Notes: a model not told the origin generated them from the letters alone. A DNA stretch of 35,362 nucleotides from an uncultured bacterium (GCA_964644695.1 CAZXWN010000019.1:1-35362), one strand, 5' to 3'. Numbered from the stretch's first letter, positions 25,909 to 35,362 are shown. Numbers and translations: made by a program.

Positions 25909-28539
25909 TTATTGATTCATCCAAACGCGTCCAAGGTTGCCATCCACTCGAACTTTTTGCCCATCTTTCAGCTGACCAAGTATCCCTGGAATATTAAGAA
26001 CGGACGGAATCCCAAACTCACGGGCCACAATAGCCCCGTGGGACATAGTCCCTCCCGCCTCAACAATGATTCCAGATGCCTTCAGAAACAAGGGTGTCCA
26101 GCCTGGGTCTGTTGTGGGTGCCGCCAGTATTTCTCCCGGTTTCAGCCGGAACCCCTCCTCAGGGTGCCGGATGATGCGGACGATACCCTCTGCAACTCCG
26201 GTCGCCGCACCAATCCCCTGATAATATCCACCGGTTGTAACCTCAGCCGCCGGAGCATATTGTGGGGCATCTTCGATAATCAGGTCCGGGGCATCCAGCT
26301 GCTGCCATTCTTGATACAACTGCTTTCGTTCCTCAATCAGGTCTTTCAATCCCGCCCCATCCCAGTCATCAGCTAATACCGATAATAATTCCGACCAGTC
26401 ACAATGGTGCACATCCTCCGGACTATTCAGTATCTCTCTCTGAACCAGTTCCTTCCCGATGTGGTCACAAAGCTGTTGGAAGGGCATCAATATCCGGATC
26501 ATTTCGGATTTGGCTTGCTCCCTCAACTCAGCTCCCCACACAGCTTGACCGACATGGAATTTCACCAGTAGCCGTATAATCAGGGAACACTTCTGGTTGA
26601 TTTCTTTCCAGGCCGCCTTTCGGGTATCTTCTTGTCTCTTTTTAAGTCCCTTATAATCCGCAGTCGGCAGCATATCCCGTATTCCGCACAACAGATAGGA
26701 CGGGTCATTGGCCCACCGGGGATTTTTCATGTCGGCTTCATAGACAGCCCGGTGACCAAATTCCTTGAGATATTCGGTAAAAGCTTTCCTGAAAGGAGAA
26801 TCTTCCGCGAATCTATGGGGCCAGTCTTTTGGATTAAATTCCATTGACTCAAACCATGCCCTCGCTTCAGGGTCTTTCCGGGCAATCTCTGCCATCCGTA
26901 CCAGCTGATACCCGTGTTCGGCAGACACGATTTTTCCAGCACCCATCATCAGGGAATGGGTCAACTCCTCTGTTCTCTCTCCAAACACAGACCGAAGAGT
27001 ATTCTGTAAAGTAATCAAGGGTATCCCGGACATCCCGTTGATTAAGGCAATTGTCGGAAGCAGTGACCTGCTGTGATGATACATATCATCCACACCCACT
27101 AACATTTCTTTGATGGATAACGGATGCTGTTCCTTCTTCATCCAATGTCGGCAGAAAGCGCGGTTTCGTTTGAATTCCTGAGGAGCTTTCCATTGCATCC
27201 GGAGTGCCGGAATCGCTGTCAGGATGTAACGCCATGCTCGGACGGCTTTTTTCCACAGGGGCCGGGATTCCGATTCCGGGATTTTGAACTCCGCCTGATG
27301 TCCTCCGGTCAGGCGATTGGTAACATCGGGTTTCACTCCCAGGGCATCGAAAAAGGACCACTGTAATACCGTCAAATTGAAATACCCTCGCCCCTTATAT
27401 AATCGGTAATAGGGAATCCAGGGAGGGCGTTTGTAATGTATCAAATCAAAAGGGACATCTAATATCGCATAGACCAGGGATGAAAATATTTTACGGGACA
27501 AGGTGGACTGGACCATGGGGACCGCGTCTTTGATGTTGGCATTGGACCAGTGGTCGGGCAGGTTCATCAGTGCCGGGTAAGTGCATCGAGGCTTGGCGGT
27601 TACGGGGCGGGCTTGTAATATCCACCAGGACTTCCCGTCATATAACCATTCCACATCTATGGGGATTTCTTCCTGATTCAGAGCCGCTGCCGTTCGTTGC
27701 ACCAATCGGCCCAACTGTTGGACCTGGGTATCATTGAAGACAAGGGAAGGTTTCCCTTTTGTTGAGGGGTTTAATGTCTCGACACCCCCGGAAGATTTCA
27801 GGACGGTTTGCGCTTGATGGCGTCCCGGTCTTCGGGATTTGATGTCCTGTTTATATCTTCGTAAATCCAGGATATATTCATCCGGGTCTGTCTGACCGCT
27901 GACGATGGCTTCCCCCAGTCCGGGACCGGCTTGTATCACCAACTCATCTTCACGCCCATTATGAGGGTTACAGGTGAAGGCAACTCCGGAGGCTTCCGCG
28001 TCTTTCATCTCCATCATTACCAGACCCATAGAGGCTTCTTTATGGTCCAGTCCGATTTTTTCCCGGTAAGCGATTGCCCGCGGACTCCACAAGGAGGCGT
28101 ATCCCCCGCGGATTCCATCCCGGATTTGTTCAAATCCGATACAATTCAAAAAGGAATCATGGATTCCCGCAAAAGAATGTTTCCCGGAATCTTCCTGAGG
28201 GGCGGAGGACCGGATGGATACAGGTTTTCGGTCCCATCCGGTTTCTGTCAGACATTGAATGAGTTCCGATTCCAATTCCGGGGGCAGGGGAGACTTCAGA
28301 ATCATCTCCCGGAGTTCCTTTAACCATCCCACCCGATCCGACTCGGGCATTTTATCTATCTTTTCGGCCGGTTTAAGATTGTTGTATTGAAAAAACAGGA
28401 CACAGGCCGAAGAGTCTATCACCCGGAAATCGGGGATTGGAAATTGATAATGTTTCAGACGGGACAGGTTCCAACCTTTCCCGCCGGATATTTCCGGCTT
28501 CTGGGTCAGGACCTTTTCAAAGTCTAGTATATGGGTCAT
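25909..28539 (-). CDS. PEP-synthase/PPDK-superfamily enzyme with ATP-grasp, central and C-terminal phospho-His domains (rifampin phosphotransferase / PigC-like architecture)
   Basis: GGKG.NL; RSSA..ED....SFAG; SGVAFT.NP; GLGEAIVSG...PD; D.EW; LQARP.T; FGHR...E; TDPGWTPLF; GG.MSHGAIVAREFGIP; VDG..G.V. Confidence 0.88.
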   Translation of the reverse strand: MTHILDFEKVLTQKPEISGGKGWNLSRLKHYQFPIPDFRVIDSSACVLFFQYNNLKPAEKIDKMPESDRVGWLKELREMILKSPLPPELESELIQCLTETGWDRKPVSIRSSAPQEDSGKHSFAGIHDSFLNCIGFEQIRDGIRGGYASLWSPRAIAYREKIGLDHKEASMGLVMMEMKDAEASGVAFTCNPHNGREDELVIQAGPGLGEAIVSGQTDPDEYILDLRRYKQDIKSRRPGRHQAQTVLKSSGGVETLNPSTKGKPSLVFNDTQVQQLGRLVQRTAAALNQEEIPIDVEWLYDGKSWWILQARPVTAKPRCTYPALMNLPDHWSNANIKDAVPMVQSTLSRKIFSSLVYAILDVPFDLIHYKRPPWIPYYRLYKGRGYFNLTVLQWSFFDALGVKPDVTNRLTGGHQAEFKIPESESRPLWKKAVRAWRYILTAIPALRMQWKAPQEFKRNRAFCRHWMKKEQHPLSIKEMLVGVDDMYHHSRSLLPTIALINGMSGIPLITLQNTLRSVFGERTEELTHSLMMGAGKIVSAEHGYQLVRMAEIARKDPEARAWFESMEFNPKDWPHRFAEDSPFRKAFTEYLKEFGHRAVYEADMKNPRWANDPSYLLCGIRDMLPTADYKGLKKRQEDTRKAAWKEINQKCSLIIRLLVKFHVGQAVWGAELREQAKSEMIRILMPFQQLCDHIGKELVQREILNSPEDVHHCDWSELLSVLADDWDGAGLKDLIEERKQLYQEWQQLDAPDLIIEDAPQYAPAAEVTTGGYYQGIGAATGVAEGIVRIIRHPEEGFRLKPGEILAAPTTDPGWTPLFLKASGIIVEAGGTMSHGAIVAREFGIPSVLNIPGILGQLKDGQKVRVDGNLGRVWMNQ

Positions 28540-28657
28540 CCCGGGATAACTCCCTCATAAAACGAAGACTATAAATTCAGAATATCACAATCATCTCTCT
28601 TTCTTTACGAATATTCTCTCCTTCTCTTCCAATTTTCCCCATCTTTCTTACCTTATT

Positions 28658-28700
28658 CCTATCGGACCCATAGGACCTATAAGACCTATTGGACCTATCC
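28658..28700. repeat. Degenerate 9-bp tandem repeat (consensus CCTATAGGA), about 4.5 copies
   Basis: cctatcgga cccatagga cctataaga cctattgga cctatcc. Confidence 0.75.
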
Positions 28701-28940
28701 CCCTCCCTCCTTCATCCCTTCCCCCTTGACATCCCTGTCCACTCCGCCTCCTGAAACGAACCAGATACGAATCGGGTACGACCCTCACCTTATTATGGTT
28801 ATTCTCTACACTCCCGGTAACCTGTTAACCCGCTCAATCCCATCAATTTAGAATATTACTGGAAAATGCGGATAACCCTTGTCAACCGACTGTGGACTTT
28901 GTGGGTAAGGTGACTTCATATAAAAAGGAGGATATTGGGT

Positions 28941-30641
28941 ATGAATACGGCAATACGGTTATGTGTGGGATTGTTTTTATGTTCATCAATGGTAATGGCC
29001 ACTCCGGGAGCAACCTCAAATAAAGAAAAGGCTACTCCCTTCACGACTAAAACGAAATCCGTCGTGTTATTCAAAAATGGATTGGGCTATTTCCAACGGC
29101 AAGGCACCGTGAACCTGAACTCTGGCGACTGGGTACAGACCCCGTTGACCTCAAAAGCCGTCATGGGCAGTTTTTGGGTGGGGACCTTTGATAAAAACCT
29201 CGAAATAAAAGAACTTGTATCTTCCAAGGAAAAGCTTGCCAAACAGACGGACTCCATTTCCATGGACGAAATGCTAAAAGCAAACATTGGCAAACTGGCT
29301 GTCATCTATACGGGGAGCACTTCGATGACAGGCTACATCCTGTCCATTCCCGAAGACCGGAAAAATCAGCCAAACACCTTCCAAGATTCGCGTTATGGAT
29401 ATTCCCCTTATAGTTACGGCCCCAATATGGGACCCCAGACCTTTGCTTCCAATCTGGTTCTTTTGAAAGATGCTTCTGATTCTAACAAAATAATCACTCT
29501 CCAAAAAAATCAAATCTTCTCCATTACCTTCCCGGAAGGTTGTAACACCCAATACAACCGGGAAGAAGAAACTCCCGTCATGAAGATTCGGCTGGATGGT
29601 AAATCATTGGAAAGCGATATTGCCCTGAGTTATCTCCAAAAAGGCATCATCTGGGTTCCCTCTTATTTCCTGGACCTGAAAGATGACACTCACGGTAAAC
29701 TAACCATGAAAGCCGCGGTCATTAACGAGGCAGAAAACCTTGAAAATACCGAAATTAATTTTGCCGTAGGATTCCCGAGATTCCAGTTCGCCGAAGTGAT
29801 TACGCCGCTCAACCTGGACCAGGCTATCCAGCAATTCATTAATGCTTTGAACAACATGGACCGGGGTCAGGGACAATTTTATGGTGCCAACAATGTGTAT
29901 ATGGCCCAGAGCATTGATTATAACTATGATAATCGGGGTAACCGGGCCATTGACTTTGGATACTCCGCCAATAACCTGTCAGGCAAAAATGAAGAAGACC
30001 TGTTCTTCTATAACCTTAAAGACGTTTCTCTGAAACAGGGTGAACGGGGAGAGTATCCCGTCTTCTCCACCGATGTCGATTTAAAGCATGTCTATGAATG
30101 GTCAGTGGGCGAATCTATTAAAACCGGCTCTGGAGAACAGAAAGATGTACTCTGGCACACTATCAGAATGACCAATAAGTCCAAACTTCCCTGGACTACC
30201 GGTGCTGTCTTTGTTTCCTCTAATGGAAAACCTGTGGCGCAAAGCTCATTAAATTATACCCCTCAAGACGGTTTGAATAACCTTAAACTTACCGTTGCTT
30301 CTGATGTCATGGCGGAATCGTCTTCTGTTGAAATAGCCCGTGGTGAAGCAACGCGGCTTGGAAAAACCTCAACTCCAGGTATGCCCTTTATGGTCTATTA
30401 CCCAATCACTGTAAAAGGGACGCTGGTACTTCGTAACTTCAAGGATCAGCCTATTGATGTTGAGGCTACTAAGAAACTATCCGGAAAAGTCCTGGATGCT
30501 GGAAAAAATGGGAAAGTAACTGTTAAAGCCGATGTGTTGAATGCGGTAAATCCTGAATCTGAGATTACTTGGAATATCCATTTGAATCCGGGTGAAACAC
30601 TGACTTGGGATTATACCTATGAGTATTATGTCAAACAGTAG
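28941..30641 (+). CDS. Secreted DUF4139-like protein
   Basis: Signal peptide; V.LFKNG.GYF.R.G; LSYL..GI.W.PSY.L; A.V.N....L; F.Y.L..VSL..GE; N.S..PW..G; L.N. AGGAGG SD 9 nt before ATG 28941. Confidence 0.7.
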   Translation: MNTAIRLCVGLFLCSSMVMATPGATSNKEKATPFTTKTKSVVLFKNGLGYFQRQGTVNLNSGDWVQTPLTSKAVMGSFWVGTFDKNLEIKELVSSKEKLAKQTDSISMDEMLKANIGKLAVIYTGSTSMTGYILSIPEDRKNQPNTFQDSRYGYSPYSYGPNMGPQTFASNLVLLKDASDSNKIITLQKNQIFSITFPEGCNTQYNREEETPVMKIRLDGKSLESDIALSYLQKGIIWVPSYFLDLKDDTHGKLTMKAAVINEAENLENTEINFAVGFPRFQFAEVITPLNLDQAIQQFINALNNMDRGQGQFYGANNVYMAQSIDYNYDNRGNRAIDFGYSANNLSGKNEEDLFFYNLKDVSLKQGERGEYPVFSTDVDLKHVYEWSVGESIKTGSGEQKDVLWHTIRMTNKSKLPWTTGAVFVSSNGKPVAQSSLNYTPQDGLNNLKLTVASDVMAESSSVEIARGEATRLGKTSTPGMPFMVYYPITVKGTLVLRNFKDQPIDVEATKKLSGKVLDAGKNGKVTVKADVLNAVNPESEITWNIHLNPGETLTWDYTYEYYVKQ

Positions 30642-30644
30642 GGC

Positions 30645-30711
30645 TTGAGACAAAACTATCTTTCGTCCATAATGATTGAAAAGACTAACCCCGGCTTAAC
30701 TGTCGGGGTTA
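30645..30711 (+). promoter_or_regulatory. Promoter and 5' stem-loop for the S9 peptidase
   Basis: TTGAGA (30645), 17 bp, CATAAT (30668); hairpin TAACCCCGGC-TTAACT-GTCGGGGTTA at 30686-30711 with no U tract. Confidence 0.55.
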
Positions 30712-30734
30712 CCTATTATTACGGAGGCCAATCG

Positions 30735-32645
30735 ATGAAACAAATCCTGGTCGCACTACTACTTACAGGAGGACTGTTAGGTCTTATGACAGATTCAACA
30801 GAAGCAGCAAAAGTACCCTCTTTGATTCCCAGAGAGGTCTTATTTGGAAATCCCCAGAAGGCACAACCCCGGTTATCTCCCAATGGCCAGAAGATGGCTT
30901 ATCTGGCACCGGTCAATAATGTTCTTAATGTTTGGGTCCGGACGATCGGGAAACAGGATGATACCCCCATTACATCTGATACCGTTCGGGGGATACGCCA
31001 ATATTTCTGGGCACAGGATAATGAACACATTCTGTATATGCAGGATGCCGGAGGAAATGAGAACTGGCGTCTATATGGAGTTGATATTAATACCCGGGAA
31101 ACCAAAGACTGGACGCCGTTTGAGAATGTACAGGTCCGGATCGCTGACCATGATAAACGGTTCCCGGACATTGTCCTTCTTGAAATGAATAAGGAAAATC
31201 CCCAGGTCCATGATATGTACCGCCTGAACCTGAAGACCGGTGAAATGGTGATGATTGCCAAAAATCCCGGGTCCTATGATGGTTGGATCACCGATGTAAA
31301 CCAGAAGGTTCTCGGTGCGTCTCAGGCCCGGCCCGATGGTGGATTTGATCTGTTGGTAAGAGATTCCACCGAGGGAGAGTTCCGGGTGGCCTATCAATGG
31401 GATTATGAAGACAGTGCCGGCTCAGGCCCTATGGGATTTACCCTGGATGGCAAGTCCATGTATATGAAAGATATGAAGGATGCCAACGCCAGCCGATTGG
31501 TAAAACTTGACCTTGCCACCGGTGGACTGGAAGTCATTGCCGAAGACAAAATCTATGATTGTGGTGGAGTGATGTTCCATCCAGACTCCTGGGAAGTACA
31601 AGCGGTCTCTTTTGAACGCGCTCGTAATGAATGGAAGGTATTAGACCCTGCCATTGCTAAAGACTTTGAGATTCTCCAGAAACTGAATTCGGGTGAGATG
31701 TCCATTGTCTCCCGTGACAATGCAGACCGGACCTGGTTGGTAGCCTTTATTCAAGATGACCAGCCTGTATGTTGGTATGTCTATGACCGGAAGACCCGGA
31801 AAACAGAATTCCTGTTTAACAACCGTGATGACCTGAAGAAGTACAAACTGGCTTCTATGGAACCCATCTCCTTTACCAGCCGGGATGGTTTGACCATTCA
31901 TGGATATATTACTTTCCCTGTGGGAAGAACTCGGAAGAATCTCCCGATGGTAGTCAATGTCCACGGTGGACCCTGGGTCCGGGACTCCTGGGGATATGAC
32001 CCGGAAGCGCAATGGCTGGCAAATAGAGGGTATATTTGTCTGCAGGTGAATTACAGGGGTTCGACTGGATATGGTAAGGCCTTCTTGAATGCCGGCAATA
32101 AAGAATGGGCCGGAAAGATGCACAACGATATCATTGATGCTGTAAACTGGGCGGTGAACAATAAATATGCTGACCCGCACCGTGTGGCTATCTATGGTGG
32201 TTCCTATGGTGGATATGCGGCATTAGTTGGCGCCACTTTCACACCGGATACCTTTAAGGCGGCGGTGGATATTGTAGGCCCTTCTAATCTGATTACCCTG
32301 ATTAAATCCGTACCTCCTTACTGGTCCACCTTCCTTGCGAATATGAAGCGGCGGGTAGGTGACCCTGATACCGAAGAAGATTTCCTGAAGTCCCGGTCTC
32401 CTCTCTATAAGGTGGATAACATTAAAATCCCCATCCTTATTGGGCAGGGTGCCAATGACCCCCGAGTAAAACAGGCGGAGAGTGAACAGATTGTCGAGGC
32501 CATGAAGAGAAAAGGTCTGGACTATGAGTATGTTCTGTTCCCGGATGAAGGACATGGTTTTGCTCGTCCGGAAAACCGGCTTAAGTTCTATGGGATTGCC
32601 GAGAAGTTCCTCCATAAACACCTCAATGGAATTTACATGGAATAA
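30735..32645 (+). CDS. Secreted S9 family (prolyl oligopeptidase-like) dipeptidyl/acylaminoacyl peptidase
   Basis: LIPR..LFGNP; VHGGPW.RD.WG; NYRGSTGYGK; GGSYGG (Ser); GANDPRV (Asp); DEGHGF (His). Start moved to ATG 30735 behind GGAGG. Confidence 0.95.
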   Translation: MKQILVALLLTGGLLGLMTDSTEAAKVPSLIPREVLFGNPQKAQPRLSPNGQKMAYLAPVNNVLNVWVRTIGKQDDTPITSDTVRGIRQYFWAQDNEHILYMQDAGGNENWRLYGVDINTRETKDWTPFENVQVRIADHDKRFPDIVLLEMNKENPQVHDMYRLNLKTGEMVMIAKNPGSYDGWITDVNQKVLGASQARPDGGFDLLVRDSTEGEFRVAYQWDYEDSAGSGPMGFTLDGKSMYMKDMKDANASRLVKLDLATGGLEVIAEDKIYDCGGVMFHPDSWEVQAVSFERARNEWKVLDPAIAKDFEILQKLNSGEMSIVSRDNADRTWLVAFIQDDQPVCWYVYDRKTRKTEFLFNNRDDLKKYKLASMEPISFTSRDGLTIHGYITFPVGRTRKNLPMVVNVHGGPWVRDSWGYDPEAQWLANRGYICLQVNYRGSTGYGKAFLNAGNKEWAGKMHNDIIDAVNWAVNNKYADPHRVAIYGGSYGGYAALVGATFTPDTFKAAVDIVGPSNLITLIKSVPPYWSTFLANMKRRVGDPDTEEDFLKSRSPLYKVDNIKIPILIGQGANDPRVKQAESEQIVEAMKRKGLDYEYVLFPDEGHGFARPENRLKFYGIAEKFLHKHLNGIYME

Positions 32646-32674
32646 ATAAACTCACAAAACCGAGAAATGATGAA

Positions 32675-32710
32675 AGCGGCTCGGACTCCGGGCCGCTCTT
32701 TCTTTTTTCT
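32675..32710 (+). terminator. Intrinsic terminator
   Basis: AGCGGCTCGG-ACT-CCGGGCCGCT then CTTTCTTTTTT. Confidence 0.85.
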
Positions 32711-32759
32711 AAGTTTGTATTATGATGGATAACGAAAGACAAAGAGTTGAAGGAGCGTT

Positions 32760-33125
32760 ATGGCTAACTTTCTGCAAAAAGTGAAGATTGGCACCGGTAC
32801 TTTGATTTACTGGGCGGGTATGGTCCTGGGACATATTGCCGTGGGATTGTATCTCTGGATGATGTTCACCAGTGGGGTTCCTCATATCTGGAATATACCG
32901 TTTAAGTTTGCATTGCGGCACATTGCCCACTGGTTGGCGTTGGGTGGAGTTTTGTATGGATGGAAGAACGGGTACCTGGGTGGAATGTTGGTGGTCGTGG
33001 CATTAGTGTTCCGGTTGACCCTGGACCTGATTGTAACAAAGACCTTCTTTGGAGATTACTTCTTATTACTGATGGCTGCCGGGTTATTGATGCTGGTGGG
33101 TGGTTATATCCGCGGTCGCCGATAA
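32760..33125 (+). CDS. Small hypothetical membrane protein (about 4 TM)
   Basis: AAGGAG SD; 121 aa, almost entirely hydrophobic helices. Confidence 0.75.
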   Translation: MANFLQKVKIGTGTLIYWAGMVLGHIAVGLYLWMMFTSGVPHIWNIPFKFALRHIAHWLALGGVLYGWKNGYLGGMLVVVALVFRLTLDLIVTKTFFGDYFLLLMAAGLLMLVGGYIRGRR

Positions 33126-33186
33126 AACCTTGTACGGGTAATCCTGATATCAAAAATAAATACAAAAAGATTGGGGAGTTTGTACG

Positions 33187-35241
33187 ATGAAACGATGGAA
33201 GATTGCATTGATTGTCAGTTTGGTTTTGGGGTTGATATGTCTCACCTCTTGTGGCAGAAAAAAAGCAGCCGCACCTAAAGTGGGAGTCTTATTTGCCAAT
33301 TTCGATACCGAGAGTGACGACTCCTGTAACTGGGGAGAATACATCTGTACCTTACTTCACTCCAAAATACCCTATGCCCCGAACCAGTTAATGTTTGTTC
33401 CTAACTTGTTTCGGACGGATGCTGTCTGGAATCGTATGTATCCTTACATGGGAAAAAAAGATATCAGTATGTCCGATAAAATCTATCTCGCAAGACTTTA
33501 TAACATTAACAATATCCTGCGGGGTAAGGTAACCAAAAAAGGGACGACTCTGTCCTTTGAGGGTGATATCTATGATTATGCCAAATCTAAATCCCTCTCC
33601 ACGATATCTGTTCAAGGCAGTATAAATGATCCCGGTGATTTCATGAATCGGCTGAGTCTGGAAGTCCTGAATAAAATGAAAGTGTCCTTGACCCCTGAAA
33701 ACAATAAATATTTGGCGCGGAATGTGACTGGGAATAGCACGGCGTTTGCTATGGGGGCACAACTGTTTGATAACGATGACACAAATGATGAGAGTTTGGT
33801 GAATCAAATCCTCAGTCAGGATAAAGATTTTTGGTATGTACGGAATCTATGGGTGTTTTCTGGGGCTTCTACGCAACAGGAATCCATGCAACGGATAGAG
33901 CAGAATCTAAGAGATTTCCCGGATTCTGTATATTTAAAAACCAGGGCTCTCCTTTACCTGGAAAGGGTAGGTTCTGATAACCCGCGAATGGTGTCCTGGG
34001 CAGACGAAATCCTTAAGGATAATCCATTAAATATGGAAGCTCTGGGTTTCAAGGCAGAGGCTTTGATGTGGGAGAAAAAACATGAGGATGCCATCAAAGT
34101 TGCAGAGACAATGGTTCAGACGTATCCCAATTGTTGGTTCTCGCATGATATCCGGCGGTATGTTTTTGCTGAGATAGCGAGCAGGGCCCAGGATGGCCGA
34201 TACATTAAGGATATGAGTCGGGCCGATCGAGAGACTATGTCGAAAGCTAATGCTGAGGACACTAAAGAATCGCGTATTGCTTATGAGATGAATCCCCGAG
34301 ATCCCTACGCTATCAGCAAAATGGTTGATCCGAGTTGGGATGATGAAGAAAATGAAAAGTATTTCAGTAAAGTGACCGCCATAGACCCTGGATACTTTGA
34401 GGTTTATGAAAGGATGTGGGTTTGTTATATTCCGGGGTATTCGAATCAACCCTATAAGTGCCGACAGGTGATTGCGGAGGGTGTGAGATTAAATCCCGAT
34501 AGATACAAATTTGCGCATCTCGCTTTATATAACATCTGGTGGCATACGGAGGTTTATCCTGGAACACCAGATATCAGTATCTATGCTGCAGATTCAATCA
34601 CCATCAAAAAAGCCGCTCAGTGTGTTGTTGATGTTTGGAAAAAGAATCTTCAGCCGGCAGCGGCGGCAGACTGTTTCCGGGATATCAAAATGCTGGATCG
34701 TGTTGGAGAAGTTGCCAAGGCGTGGGAGCTTTTAGAGATACTTCCCAGAGACCAGAAGTATTTTCAAGACATGGCCTATCATGAAGTTCTCACTTATCAA
34801 TGTATGATGGCTCATCGATTGCAAAAATATGACAAAGTCCATGAGTATGGGGAACTGGCGCTCCAGTCTGGAGCCTGTAATGTTTGTGCGGCAAATGTTT
34901 ATTACACTTATAGTTTAGTGGATTTTCATAACAACGATAAAACGGCTGCCTTTGCAAACATGGAGAAGGCCCTGGCATCGGATCCTAATGATGCTTTTAT
35001 TAAAGCGGAATATGCTTACTATGCTGCGCAATATAATTACAATCTGGATGTAGCCTTAAAGTATATCCGGGAAGCCATCAAGGAGCGGCCGTCCTCTGCG
35101 CGTAATTATGGAATCCTGGCGCGGCTTTATTACTCCAAAAATGATAAAAAACAGGCTGTGTTACACATCAAAGAAGCCCTTAGCCGAGATGCTGATAACG
35201 AATGGCTGAGACAGGTGAAAGCAAAAATCGACAAGATGTGA
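33187..35241 (+). CDS. TPR-rich lipoprotein with TolB-N-like N-terminal domain and a DUF4034-like helical region
   Basis: Lipobox LTSC after a basic/hydrophobic leader; N-terminal alpha/beta region (V.VL..NF...; IL.G.V...G); C-terminal TPRs (ALASDPND; LARLYY....K.A...IKEAL). Confidence 0.7.
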   Translation: MKRWKIALIVSLVLGLICLTSCGRKKAAAPKVGVLFANFDTESDDSCNWGEYICTLLHSKIPYAPNQLMFVPNLFRTDAVWNRMYPYMGKKDISMSDKIYLARLYNINNILRGKVTKKGTTLSFEGDIYDYAKSKSLSTISVQGSINDPGDFMNRLSLEVLNKMKVSLTPENNKYLARNVTGNSTAFAMGAQLFDNDDTNDESLVNQILSQDKDFWYVRNLWVFSGASTQQESMQRIEQNLRDFPDSVYLKTRALLYLERVGSDNPRMVSWADEILKDNPLNMEALGFKAEALMWEKKHEDAIKVAETMVQTYPNCWFSHDIRRYVFAEIASRAQDGRYIKDMSRADRETMSKANAEDTKESRIAYEMNPRDPYAISKMVDPSWDDEENEKYFSKVTAIDPGYFEVYERMWVCYIPGYSNQPYKCRQVIAEGVRLNPDRYKFAHLALYNIWWHTEVYPGTPDISIYAADSITIKKAAQCVVDVWKKNLQPAAAADCFRDIKMLDRVGEVAKAWELLEILPRDQKYFQDMAYHEVLTYQCMMAHRLQKYDKVHEYGELALQSGACNVCAANVYYTYSLVDFHNNDKTAAFANMEKALASDPNDAFIKAEYAYYAAQYNYNLDVALKYIREAIKERPSSARNYGILARLYYSKNDKKQAVLHIKEALSRDADNEWLRQVKAKIDKM

Positions 35242-35342
35242 CGGGATAAGTAGTTGTTCAAATCGAAGAGAAAAGAGTTAACCACAAGGTGGAGGGAAAA
35301 CTCAGCTGTGGCGGTTCCTCTCATGATTTGGTCAGCTCTTGT

Positions 35343-35362
35343 GGAGGAGGATGTTATTAATG
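35343..35362 (+). promoter_or_regulatory. SD sequence and start codon of a next gene that runs off the window
   Basis: GGAGGAGG followed by ATG at 35360-35362. Confidence 0.55.

Noticed and set aside
25909..28539. Calling this gene ppsA or rph
   Set aside because: It lacks the C-terminal PEP/pyruvate-binding barrel of PpsA, and rifampin specificity cannot be read from motifs alone.
28658..28700. CRISPR array
   Set aside because: Units are 9 bp, contiguous and have no spacers; no cas genes.
28860..28912. Chromosomal replication origin
   Set aside because: Only two near-consensus DnaA boxes, no perfect box, no dnaA/dnaN or par genes nearby, and no clear unwinding element.
55..35324. The many short ORFs antisense to or nested in long genes (e.g. 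2526..3029, 7463..8122, 19040..19654, 31641..32180)
   Set aside because: Shadow frames of well-supported CDSs with no SD or domain motifs. Duplicated ones (11300..11557 and 18494..18697) only reflect the DNA repeats.

Overview
Bacterial chromosomal region with no rRNA, tRNA, CRISPR array, integrase or transposase that I can see. It is dominated by genes for secreted and membrane proteins. Left to right: two paralogous multi-TM membrane genes (-; the first is truncated and missed by the ORF track), a CE7 acetyl esterase, three tandem signal-peptide ankyrin proteins, a UPF0182 membrane protein, a promoter/structured RNA/terminator element ahead of a TPR protein, and an HGSNAT-like membrane acyltransferase with an inserted domain. 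Next come three tandem ~3.3-3.6 kb paralogues (SBBP beta-propeller + PKD + uncharacterised C-terminal domains) preceded by a stand-alone gene for the N-terminal domain usually fused to SBBP propellers. The right part holds a multi-PAS diguanylate cyclase, an RPH/PigC-architecture PEP-utilising enzyme, a DUF4139-like protein, an S9 peptidase, a small membrane protein and a TPR lipoprotein. Best leads: (1) the split, mosaic SBBP array with perfect 309-bp and 216-bp internal repeats; (2) the ~125-nt structured RNA at 8783-8908, a candidate new riboswitch/attenuator or sRNA; (3) the ~86-aa insertion beside the catalytic His of the HGSNAT-like enzyme. All family assignments come from motif recognition by eye, not database searches.
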